A stretch of DNA of 32,000 bases. Source: Dickeya dadantii NCPPB 898 (GTDB lineage Bacteria > Pseudomonadota > Gammaproteobacteria > Enterobacterales > Enterobacteriaceae). Shown here in pieces: positions 24,400-32,000 of this stretch; position 1 is the stretch's first letter; the number at the start of each line of letters is the position of its first letter. A program made the translations under genes and the position numbers. The DNA lies in NCBI RefSeq assembly GCF_000406145.1, contig NZ_CM001976.1:837260-869259 (forward strand), in the 5' to 3' direction. The notes under the pieces were generated by a model. That model was not told where the DNA came from. It was given only the letters and a program-made list of their open reading frames with translations, and did not search any database.

Positions 24400-26349
24400 A
24401 TGCAGGGGCAGGGCATACTGGTAGGGCAGGTTGCGGTGGTGTTCAGTGTCGTTGTTGCCGGTGTGTGGTACGCCACACAATGGACCGCGGCAGCGCTGGG
24501 GTATTCCCCGCGCCTGGGCTCCCCGTGGTTCGAGGGCATTGGCGTGCCCGTTTATCCACCGTGGCGGCTGTTTGAATGGTGGTTTCTGTTTGGTGGGTAT
24601 GCGCCGCGTATCTTTGATATCGGTGGTGCCATCGCGGGTGGCAGCAGTTTACTGGCCTCAATGGTGGCGATGACCCTGTCGGTATGGCGTGCCCGTTCGT
24701 CCCGACATGTCACGACCTACGGTTCGGCACGCTGGGCCAGGGCACAGGATATTCGTCGGGCGGGGTTGTACCGGCCGTCGGGGCTGTTCCTCGGACTGCA
24801 TAACGGGCAATATCTGCGTCACGAGGGGCCGGAGCATGTGCTGGCGTTTGCCCCCACCCGTTCAGGGAAAGGCGTCGGGTTGGTGGTGCCCACACTGCTG
24901 AGCTGGTCAGCCTCCGTCGTGGTGCACGATATCAAAGGCGAGAACTGGCAACTGACGGCAGGCTGGCGCGCCCGCTTCAGCCACTGTCTGCTGTTCAACC
25001 CGACCGACACCCGCTCGGCGGCTTACAATCCGTTGCTGGAGGTGCGGCGTGGTGCACATGAAGTGCGCGACGTGCAGAATATCGCCGATATTCTGGTGGA
25101 CCCGGAAGGGGCGCTGGAGCGGCGCAACCACTGGGAAAAAACCAGCCATGCGCTGCTGGTAGGGGCCATTCTGCATGTGCTTTATGCACAGGAAGACAAG
25201 ACCCTGCGCGGCGTCGCCAATTTTCTCTCCGATCCAGACTGTCCGTTTGAGATCACGCTGTATCGGATGATGACCACGGCACATCTGGGCGATGCGCCGC
25301 ACCCGGTGATTGCCTCGGCGGCCCGCGAGGTCCTCAATAAATCTGACAACGAGCGCTCCGGCGTCTTGTCCACCGCCATGTCCTTTCTGGGGCTGTACCG
25401 CGACCCGACCGTAGCGGCGGTGACCTCGCGGTGTGACTGGCGCATCGCCGACTTGATCGCGGCCCGTCATCCGGTGTCGCTGTATCTGGTGGTGCCACCA
25501 TCGGATATCAGCCGCACCAAACCGTTGATTCGGCTGATCCTCAACCAGATTGGCCGTCGGTTGACGGAGTCGCTGGAAGACGCTGACGGTAGCACCCGAC
25601 GGCATACCTTGCTGCTGATGCTGGACGAATTCCCGGCACTGGGGCGGCTGGATTTTTTCGAATCGGCGCTGGCGTTTATGGCCGGTTACGGTCTGCGCGC
25701 ATTTCTGATTGCCCAGTCGCTTAACCAGATTGACAAGGCCTACGGCCCGAACCACGCGATTCTGGACAACTGCCATGTGCGAGTGGCCTTTGCCACCAAC
25801 GACGAGCGCACGGCTAAACGCATTTCCGACACACTGGGCACCGCCACGGAGCTGCGTGCCCAGCGCAACTATGCCGGTCATCGGCTGGCCCCCTGGCTGG
25901 GGCACCTGATGATTGCGCGTCAGGAATCGGCCCGGCCATTGCTGACACCCGGTGAGGTGATGCAGTTGCCCGCCAGTGACGCCATTGTGATGGTGGGCAG
26001 CCAGCCGCCGATCCGCGCCAGAAAGATGCGCTACTTCGCGGATGCCAACTTTCAGTCGCGTGTTCTCCCGCCGCCGTCGCTGACAGACGGTCATTACACC
26101 GATGTGCCTGAGCCCAGACCGGATGACTGGCGCGATCTGCGCCTTCCGACGGTGCCGGTGCCTCCTGGGATGACCGGACTGGCTGACGATGACAGGGAAG
26201 GGCACCCATCAGCCGGACAAGACGAGATCACTGTCCCCATGCCGGCGTCGGTGGCACCGGCCAGCGACCTGTCGTGGCTGTCGGATGACACGGTGAACCG
26301 GTTCCTTACACGATCCACGTCGGCTCCGGAAAGGGGGGAAGCACCATGA
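24400..26349 (+). CDS. traG: Type IV coupling protein TraG/VirD4
   Basis: N-terminal TM segments are followed by Walker A APTRSGKGVGLVVP and Walker B region LLLMLDEFPALGRL. ATG 24400 has AAGGGGG upstream. Confidence 0.9.
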   Translation: MQGQGILVGQVAVVFSVVVAGVWYATQWTAAALGYSPRLGSPWFEGIGVPVYPPWRLFEWWFLFGGYAPRIFDIGGAIAGGSSLLASMVAMTLSVWRARSSRHVTTYGSARWARAQDIRRAGLYRPSGLFLGLHNGQYLRHEGPEHVLAFAPTRSGKGVGLVVPTLLSWSASVVVHDIKGENWQLTAGWRARFSHCLLFNPTDTRSAAYNPLLEVRRGAHEVRDVQNIADILVDPEGALERRNHWEKTSHALLVGAILHVLYAQEDKTLRGVANFLSDPDCPFEITLYRMMTTAHLGDAPHPVIASAAREVLNKSDNERSGVLSTAMSFLGLYRDPTVAAVTSRCDWRIADLIAARHPVSLYLVVPPSDISRTKPLIRLILNQIGRRLTESLEDADGSTRRHTLLLMLDEFPALGRLDFFESALAFMAGYGLRAFLIAQSLNQIDKAYGPNHAILDNCHVRVAFATNDERTAKRISDTLGTATELRAQRNYAGHRLAPWLGHLMIARQESARPLLTPGEVMQLPASDAIVMVGSQPPIRARKMRYFADANFQSRVLPPPSLTDGHYTDVPEPRPDDWRDLRLPTVPVPPGMTGLADDDREGHPSAGQDEITVPMPASVAPASDLSWLSDDTVNRFLTRSTSAPERGEAP

Positions 26350-26786
26350 GTCAGTATCGCCTGAATCTATTTATCCCACCTGAACACGCCCGGCGGCTGG
26401 ACGAGCTGGCGACCCGAAAAGGGGTCTCGAAATCCTCCATTGTCGCGGCTGCTCTGGCCGCCTGGCTGTCGCCGGATGCGGGAGGGCAACGGGACAGCCT
26501 CCTGAGCCGGCGACTGGATCAGCTGTCACGCCAGTTTGGGCGGCTGGAGCGCGATCAAACCATTCAGATTGAAACGCTGGCGTTGTTTATCCGCTACTAC
26601 CTGACCGTCAGCCCGCCAGTGGCTGACGCCCATCAAGATGCCGCCAACGCACAAGGCCGTGCGCGTTTCGGGCAGTTTGTTGAGCAACTGGGCCGCCACT
26701 TGCTGCGCGGACACAGTCTGGTGCAAGACGTCTGTCGGGAACTTCAGCCCGACACGTCAGACGAGACGACGCAGGAGATGCCATGA
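26346..26786 (+). CDS. CopG/ribbon-helix-helix family protein
   Basis: A 146-aa ORF with an ATGA overlap with the traG stop. The N-terminus YRLNLFIPPEHARRLDELATRKGVSKSSIVAAAL is RHH-like. Its position between traG and trbB is conserved. Confidence 0.65.
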   Translation: MSQYRLNLFIPPEHARRLDELATRKGVSKSSIVAAALAAWLSPDAGGQRDSLLSRRLDQLSRQFGRLERDQTIQIETLALFIRYYLTVSPPVADAHQDAANAQGRARFGQFVEQLGRHLLRGHSLVQDVCRELQPDTSDETTQEMP

Positions 26787-27793
26787 GCAACATATCTGCG
26801 GACGATACGATGTGTGCATCCCGTACGCGCCACCGACATATGCTGTACAGCGCACTGGGGCCGCTGATTGCGGCAGCGCTGGACGATCCCGATGTGGTGG
26901 AGATCATGCTTAATCCAGATTGCACCTTGTGGGTGGATCGGTTGTCCACCGGCCTGGCTCCGCTGGAGGGGGGGATGTCTGCTGCCGAGGGGGAACGCAT
27001 CATCCGACTGGTGGCGGCCCATGTCGGTACCGAGGTGCATCGCCACCGGCCGCTGCTGACGGCGGAATTGCCGGAGACCGGTGAACGCTTTGAAGGCATA
27101 CTGCCGCCGGCAGCGCCTGGACCGGCGTTCGCCTTGCGTAAGCGCGCCGTCGGCGTGATCCCGCTGGCGCGCTATGTCGCCGACGGGATGATGACCGCCG
27201 CGCAGGCCGGGGTGTTGCGTCAGGCGGTACGTGAGCGACAAAACATTCTGATTGCCGGGGGCACCAGTACCGGGAAAACCACGCTCGCCAACGCCCTGCT
27301 GGCCGAGATTGCCGAGACCGGCGATCGGGTGCTGGTGCTGGAAGACACCGTGGAGCTGCAATGTGTGGCACGCGATCAGGTGCCCCTGCGTACCCGGCCG
27401 GGTGTGGTGAGCATGGCCGAACTGGTGCGTACCACGCTGCGGTTGCGCCCTGATCGCGTTATCGTCGGTGAAGTCCGTGGCGGCGAGGCGCTGGACCTGC
27501 TCAAGGTCTGGGGAACCGGTCACCCCGGCGGGATAGCCACCCTGCACGCGGGGTCTGCGCTGGGGGCATTGCTGCGGCTGGAACAACTGATCCTCGAAGT
27601 GGCGATCACCCCGCCCCGGGCGCTGATCGCCGACACCATCCACCTGATCGTACACCTGACCGGGCGTGGGCAGGCACGCCGTATCGCCTCGCTGGTCCGG
27701 GTGACCGGCTTTGACGGCTCGCACTACCAGCTCAGTAACCTTGGCTCTCCCGGTCCTGCGGTATCGACACCCTTACCCGGAGGCTCATCATGA
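26783..27793 (+). CDS. trbB: P-type conjugative transfer ATPase TrbB (VirB11 family)
   Basis: Contains Walker A GGTSTGKTT, LEDTVEL, RPDRVIVGEVRGGEA and GHPGGIATLHA. It has an ATGA overlap with the upstream gene. Confidence 0.9.
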   Translation: MSNISADDTMCASRTRHRHMLYSALGPLIAAALDDPDVVEIMLNPDCTLWVDRLSTGLAPLEGGMSAAEGERIIRLVAAHVGTEVHRHRPLLTAELPETGERFEGILPPAAPGPAFALRKRAVGVIPLARYVADGMMTAAQAGVLRQAVRERQNILIAGGTSTGKTTLANALLAEIAETGDRVLVLEDTVELQCVARDQVPLRTRPGVVSMAELVRTTLRLRPDRVIVGEVRGGEALDLLKVWGTGHPGGIATLHAGSALGALLRLEQLILEVAITPPRALIADTIHLIVHLTGRGQARRIASLVRVTGFDGSHYQLSNLGSPGPAVSTPLPGGSS

Positions 27794-28137
27794 TGCTCCC
27801 GTCTGCTCTTCGCTTTTCCGCACGCTGGCTCGTTCGACGTAGTCTGCCTGGAGCCGTGCTGGCCGTCAGCCTGTTGTGGGGGCTGACGGCCTACGCCAGT
27901 GGTTCAAGTATGCCGTGGGAGTCGCCGCTGCAGTCGATCCTGGAATCCATACAGGGGCCGGTGGCGCGCATTATCGCGGTCATCATCATTATCACCACCG
28001 GGCTGGCGCTGGCCTTTGGCGATACCTCGGGCGGATTTCGCAAGCTGATCCAGATCGTGTTTGGGCTGTCGATTGCCTTTGCCGCCTCCTCGTTCTTTTT
28101 GTCATTTTTCAGCTTTGCCGGCGGGGCGGTGGTATGA
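27790..28137 (+). CDS. trbC: TrbC/VirB2-family pilin
   Basis: A 115-aa ORF with a long signal peptide and two hydrophobic segments (IIAVIIIITTGLALAF; IVFGLSIAFAASSFF). Confidence 0.8.
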   Translation: MMLPSALRFSARWLVRRSLPGAVLAVSLLWGLTAYASGSSMPWESPLQSILESIQGPVARIIAVIIIITTGLALAFGDTSGGFRKLIQIVFGLSIAFAASSFFLSFFSFAGGAVV

Positions 28138-28406
28138 GTGACGAATACACGTTGTTACCCGGCTTTGACGTACCGCTGCACCGCTCGCTGACCGAGCCGA
28201 TCCTGCTGGGGGGCGCACCGCGCACGGTGGCGATTGCCAATGGCACGCTGGCCGCCGCCGTCGGGCTGGGGTTGCAGCTGTGGTTGCCGGGGCTGGTGCT
28301 GTGGGTGATTGGGCATACGCTGGCAGTCTGGGGCGCGCGGGAGGATCCGCAGTTCATGACGGTGTTTGCCCGGCATATCCGCCACCCGTCGTTGCTGGAT
28401 GTCTGA
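28134..28406 (+). CDS. trbD: TrbD/VirB3-family protein
   Basis: A 90-aa reading from ATG 28134 (ATGA overlap with the trbC stop): PLHRSLTEPILLGGAPR plus a TM hairpin. Confidence 0.8.
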   Translation: MSDEYTLLPGFDVPLHRSLTEPILLGGAPRTVAIANGTLAAAVGLGLQLWLPGLVLWVIGHTLAVWGAREDPQFMTVFARHIRHPSLLDV

Positions 28407-28416
28407 GGGGCGTACC

Positions 28417-30867
28417 ATGCTGAACCTTGCCGAATACCGTCAGCGCCCGGCCTTACTGGCCGACTGGCTGCCGTGGGCGGGGCTGGTGGCACCCGGTGTG
28501 GTGCTGAACAAGGACGGGTCGTTCCAGCGCACGGCCCGGTTTCGCGGGCCGGATCTGGACAGTGCCACCCCCGGCGAACTGATCGCCATGGCCGCCCGCC
28601 TGAATAACGCCCTGCGCCGTCTTGGCAGCAACTGGGCGCTGTTTACCGACGCCGAACGGCGACCTGCCGCCGCGTATCCGCATTCCCGCTTCCCCGAGGC
28701 GCTCTCCTGGCTGGTGGACGAAGAGCGACGTGCCGCGTTTCAGGTGGCGGGTGGCCATTTTGACAGCCTGTACCACCTCACCCTGTGGTATCTGCCGCCG
28801 GAGGACGTGCGGTCACGCACGATGGCCTGGTTATACGAAAACACCCCGTCGGGGCGTGTGGACTGGCGGGAACGGCTTACGGCCTTTGGGGCGGAAACCG
28901 ATCGCCTGTCTGACCTGTTGACCGGCGTCATGCCGGAACTCGCCTGGCTGGATGACAGCCAGACGCTGACCTACCTGCATGGCACGGTATCGACCCGGCA
29001 TTACCGGCTTGGCGTGCCGGCGGTGCCGTTCCATTTGGATGCCTTGCTGGCCGACAGCCCGATGACGGGCGGAGTAGCCCCGATGCTGGGCGACCAACAC
29101 CTGCGGACGATCACGGTGCGGGGATTTCCGTCCTCCACCTGGCCGGGCATGTTGGACGACCTGAACCGGCTGGGGTTTGCCTACCGCTGGTCGGTGCGTT
29201 TTCTGTTCATGGACAAGGCGGAGGCGGAAAAAGTGCTGGCCCGCCTGCGCCGACAGTGGTTTGTGAAACGGAAAAACGTGGCGACACTGCTGCGCGAGAC
29301 CGTGTTCCAGCAGGAAAGTCCGCTGGTGGATAACGATGCTGGCAACAAGGCGGCCGATGCCGATGCGGCGTTACAGGCGCTGGGCAGCGATCAGGCGGCG
29401 TTTGGTTACGTCACCACCACCGTGACCGTATTGGCCGATGAGGCGGAGGACGCGGAGGAAAAACGGCGACAGACCGAGCAGGTGATCCAGGGGCGGGGCT
29501 TCGTGACCTGTCCGGAGCGGCTGAACGCGGTGGACGCCTGGCTGTCGTCGGTGCCCGGCCAGGTGTATGCCAATGTGCGCCAGCCGATCATTTCCACCCT
29601 CAATCTGGCGCACCTGATCCCGCTGTCGGCGGTCTGGGCCGGGCCGGAGAACAATGCTCACCTTGACGGGCCGCCACTTATCGTGACCCGGACCGATGGC
29701 GCCACGCCGTTTCGGCTGGTGACGCACATTGGCGACGTGGGGCATACGCTGGTGGTGGGGCCCACCGGGATGGGCAAATCGGTGCTGCTGGCCATGCTGG
29801 CGATGCAGTTTCGTCGCTATCCCGGCTCGCGCGTATTTCTTTTTGATGTCGGCCGCTCGTTGCGGGCCGCCACGCTGGGGCTGGGGGGCGAGCATTATGA
29901 TCTGGGAGCGGACGGGGCGATCGCGTTTCAGCCGCTGGCCCGAATCGATCAGGCGGGCTGGCGTCGCTGGGCGGTGGAGTGGGTGGCAGGACGGGCCCGG
30001 CAGGAGGGGGTGACCGTGGGGCCGGAAGAGAAGGCTGCCATTTGGTCGGCGCTGGAGAGCCTGGCGGGTGCGCCGGTTGAACAGCGTACCCTGACCGGCC
30101 TGTCGGTCCTGTTGCAGTCGCTGACGTTGCGTCAGGCACTGGCGCCGTATGTGCTGGGCGGGGCGTACGGCAACCTGCTGGATGCCGATCGGGAACGGCT
30201 GGGCGACGCTGATGTGCAGTGCTTTGAAATGGAGGCGCTGATGCCCAGCAAGGCCGCGGTACTGGCGGTGCTGGAATACCTGTTCGCCCGGCTGGAAAAC
30301 CGTTTTGACGGCGCGCCGACGCTGTTGCTCTTGGATGAATCCTGGCTGTTTCTTGATGAACCGGTGTTTGCGGCGCGTATCCGGCAGTGGCTCAAGACAC
30401 TGCGCAAGAAAAACGTCAGTGTGATATTCGCCACCCAGTCGTTGGCGGATATCCAACGCTCTGCCCTGGCACCGGCCATCATCGAAAGTTGCCTCAGCCG
30501 GATTTTCCTGCCCAATCCACAGGCCAGCGAACCCCAGATCCGGGTCATCTATGAGGGGTTTGGTCTTAACGCCCGGCAGATAGCCATGCTGGCTGCCGCA
30601 GAGCCCAAACGGGATTACTACTACCAGTCCCGACAGGGCAACCGCCGGTTCGATCTCGATTTGGGGCCGGTGGCGCTGGCGTTTGCCGCGGCGGCCTCAC
30701 CACAGAGTCAGCGTGATATAGACCGCCTGCTGGCACAGGACCCTCGTCCGGATTTCGCCAGCGCCTGGTTGCGTCACCGGGGGCTGGCGTGGGCGGCCGA
30801 CCTGCTGCCGGGGTTTACTCCAGCAGCGCAGCCGATTTCCTCTCCACCGTGCAGGGGGACACCGTGA
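28417..30867 (+). CDS. trbE: Conjugative ATPase TrbE (VirB4 family)
   Basis: Starts MLNLAEYRQRPALLADWLPWAGLV. It has Walker A VVGPTGMGKSV and Walker B LLLLDESW. GAGGGG lies upstream of ATG 28417. Confidence 0.9.
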   Translation: MLNLAEYRQRPALLADWLPWAGLVAPGVVLNKDGSFQRTARFRGPDLDSATPGELIAMAARLNNALRRLGSNWALFTDAERRPAAAYPHSRFPEALSWLVDEERRAAFQVAGGHFDSLYHLTLWYLPPEDVRSRTMAWLYENTPSGRVDWRERLTAFGAETDRLSDLLTGVMPELAWLDDSQTLTYLHGTVSTRHYRLGVPAVPFHLDALLADSPMTGGVAPMLGDQHLRTITVRGFPSSTWPGMLDDLNRLGFAYRWSVRFLFMDKAEAEKVLARLRRQWFVKRKNVATLLRETVFQQESPLVDNDAGNKAADADAALQALGSDQAAFGYVTTTVTVLADEAEDAEEKRRQTEQVIQGRGFVTCPERLNAVDAWLSSVPGQVYANVRQPIISTLNLAHLIPLSAVWAGPENNAHLDGPPLIVTRTDGATPFRLVTHIGDVGHTLVVGPTGMGKSVLLAMLAMQFRRYPGSRVFLFDVGRSLRAATLGLGGEHYDLGADGAIAFQPLARIDQAGWRRWAVEWVAGRARQEGVTVGPEEKAAIWSALESLAGAPVEQRTLTGLSVLLQSLTLRQALAPYVLGGAYGNLLDADRERLGDADVQCFEMEALMPSKAAVLAVLEYLFARLENRFDGAPTLLLLDESWLFLDEPVFAARIRQWLKTLRKKNVSVIFATQSLADIQRSALAPAIIESCLSRIFLPNPQASEPQIRVIYEGFGLNARQIAMLAAAEPKRDYYYQSRQGNRRFDLDLGPVALAFAAAASPQSQRDIDRLLAQDPRPDFASAWLRHRGLAWAADLLPGFTPAAQPISSPPCRGTP

Positions 30868-31598
30868 TGAAAACTGTGTGGCTTGTCATCCTGCTGGCGT
30901 TGCTGCCGCTGCGTCCAGCGCAGGCACTGACGGTATTTGATCCTGCCAACTATGCGCAGAACACGCTGAGCGCCGCCCGGGCATTGGATCAGATCAACAA
31001 TCAGGTCATCCAGTTGCAGAACGAGGCGCAGATGCTGATTTATCAGGCCCGCAACTTGACTAGTCTGCCGTTCACGGTAACCGATCAACTGCGTACCACG
31101 CTGGCGGGCACGGACCGGTTGATCGCCCAGGCGCGTGGACTGGCCTATGAGGTGCAGCGCATGGACTCGGATTTTGCGCGGCTCTACCCCGAACAGTATG
31201 CCGCCACGGTGGGCCACGATCGCCTGTATCAGGATGCCCGCGCGCGCTGGGTCAACACGCTGGCAGGCTTGCATACCGCTTTGCAGATGCAGGCACAGAT
31301 GGTGCAGAGCCTGTCGGCGGACGAAAGCACGCTGTCCGCGCTGGTCGGGCAAAGTCAGGCGGCCACCGGTGCCCTGCAGGCCATGCAGGCGACAAACCAG
31401 TTGCTGGCGTTGCAGGCGAAACAAACGATGCAAGGCCAGCAGCTCCAATTGACGCAGGACCGGGCGGTTGCGCTGGAGTTGGCGCGACAGGCAGCGGCGG
31501 TTGAACGCGGCCGGGAAATCACGCGACGTTTTCTGGGTACGGGAACCCCTTACACGCCGCAGCCGGTGAACTTTTACGGTAAGGACGGCGGTGAGTGA
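30867..31598 (+). CDS. trbJ: P-type conjugative transfer protein TrbJ (VirB5-like)
   Basis: Signal peptide MKTVWLVILLALLPLRPAQA, then LTVFDPANYAQNTL and a coiled-coil body. It has a TGATG overlap with the trbE stop. Confidence 0.85.
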   Translation: MKTVWLVILLALLPLRPAQALTVFDPANYAQNTLSAARALDQINNQVIQLQNEAQMLIYQARNLTSLPFTVTDQLRTTLAGTDRLIAQARGLAYEVQRMDSDFARLYPEQYAATVGHDRLYQDARARWVNTLAGLHTALQMQAQMVQSLSADESTLSALVGQSQAATGALQAMQATNQLLALQAKQTMQGQQLQLTQDRAVALELARQAAAVERGREITRRFLGTGTPYTPQPVNFYGKDGGE

Positions 31599-32000
31599 TG
31601 GACGATGTGTCGGTGATTGACCGCTTCCTCGATACCTTTTCGACCTACATCGACTCTGGGTTTGGGTTGGTTCGCGGTGAAGTCTCCTTTCTGACCGCCA
31701 CGCTGGTGGCGATCGACATGACGCTGGCGGGGTTGTACTGGGCGCTGTCGCAGGCGGGCGGGCAGGGAGAGGATGTGATGGCACGGCTGATCCGCAAGGT
31801 GCTCTATGTCGGCGCGTTTGCTTACATACTCAACAACTTCAACGGGCTGTCGGGAATAGTGTTTCGCTCATTTGCCGGGCTGGGCCTGCAGGCCGGTGGC
31901 GCGGCGTTGACTCTGGCGACGTTTTTACAACCCGGGCGGTTAGCCAAAACCGGTATAGAGACGGCTGCCCCTCTGCTGCATCAAATCGACCGCTTGAGTG
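31598..32000 (+). CDS. trbL: TrbL (VirB6-like), 5' partial, runs off the window
   Basis: Starts MDDVSVIDRFLDTFSTYIDSGFGLVRGEVSFLTATLVAIDMTLAGLYWAL. ATG 31598 overlaps the trbJ stop. The frame stays open to the end of the window. Confidence 0.8.
   Translation, partial: MDDVSVIDRFLDTFSTYIDSGFGLVRGEVSFLTATLVAIDMTLAGLYWALSQAGGQGEDVMARLIRKVLYVGAFAYILNNFNGLSGIVFRSFAGLGLQAGGAALTLATFLQPGRLAKTGIETAAPLLHQIDRLS

Larger units (their letters stand above)
5489..32000. mobile_element. Integrative conjugative element with a Tn4371/ICEMlSym-like Trb-type core (continues right of window)
   Basis: Gene order: int-xis, radC, DUF736, DUF2285, excisionase-HTH, repA, traF, relaxase, [cargo], lysR, traG, copG, trbB-C-D-E-J-L. 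The core is high-GC (a sampled line is about 65%). Start/stop overlaps (ATGA/TGATG) occur between traG, copG, trbB, trbC and trbD and at the trbE-trbJ-trbL junctions. Confidence 0.85.

Noticed and set aside
24907-26205. 432-aa ORF on the minus strand
   Set aside because: It is entirely antisense to the well-supported traG gene. Its composition is R/G/P/H-rich and low-complexity, typical of spurious open frames in about 65% GC DNA, and it has no recognisable motif.
26744-31784. Long minus-strand ORFs 26744-27724 (326 aa), 29371-30456 (361 aa) and 30774-31784 (336 aa)
   Set aside because: They are antisense to trbB, trbE and trbJ respectively. The same high-GC artefact applies. The plus-strand genes have canonical motifs and translationally coupled starts.
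1-32000. CRISPR arrays, rRNA genes, intact tRNA genes
   Set aside because: No regularly spaced 25-40-nt repeats with unique spacers were seen. No cloverleaf-compatible segment appeared apart from the tmRNA 3' fragment, and there is no rRNA-like conserved sequence.

Overview
This window is a composite accessory region. Two mobile elements sit in tandem at a 33-nt copy of the tmRNA (ssrA) 3' end (5456-5488, minus strand).

LEFT (1-5488): the integrase-proximal part of a P4-like phage satellite. It carries TGTTCACC-type octamers, a TGT-N12-ACA late-promoter motif, a 254-aa late gene, a terminator, a P2/186-like cos motif and a P4-type integrase. The cos-int hotspot holds a single AT-rich 813-aa gene that fuses an HsdR-N/Mrr-like PD-(D/E)xK nuclease domain to a P-loop NTPase.

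RIGHT (5489-32000, continuing past the window): a high-GC integrative conjugative element (ICE) with a Tn4371/ICEMlSym-like core. The core genes are lambda-like int/xis, RadC, DUF736, an FseA-like DUF2285 activator, an RdfS-like excisionase, RepA with iterons, TraF, a DUF3363-type relaxase, LysR, TraG, CopG and TrbB-C-D-E-J-L. Two AT-rich cargo blocks bordered by IS debris interrupt this core:
- (a) 9149-11298: a dGTPase-family HD hydrolase tightly coupled to an unknown 211-aa protein with a weak primase-polymerase-like motif pattern.
- (b) 17969-20959: a divergent beta-class amino-methyltransferase plus an unknown 540-aa protein. This block is bracketed by two paralogous XRE repressors with homologous palindromic operators.

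The best candidates for an undescribed system are the dGTPase two-gene operon and the 813-aa hotspot gene.

No rRNA, complete tRNA/tmRNA or CRISPR array was seen. All family assignments come from motif recognition by eye. No database search was run, and GC statements come from counting a few sampled 60-nt lines.
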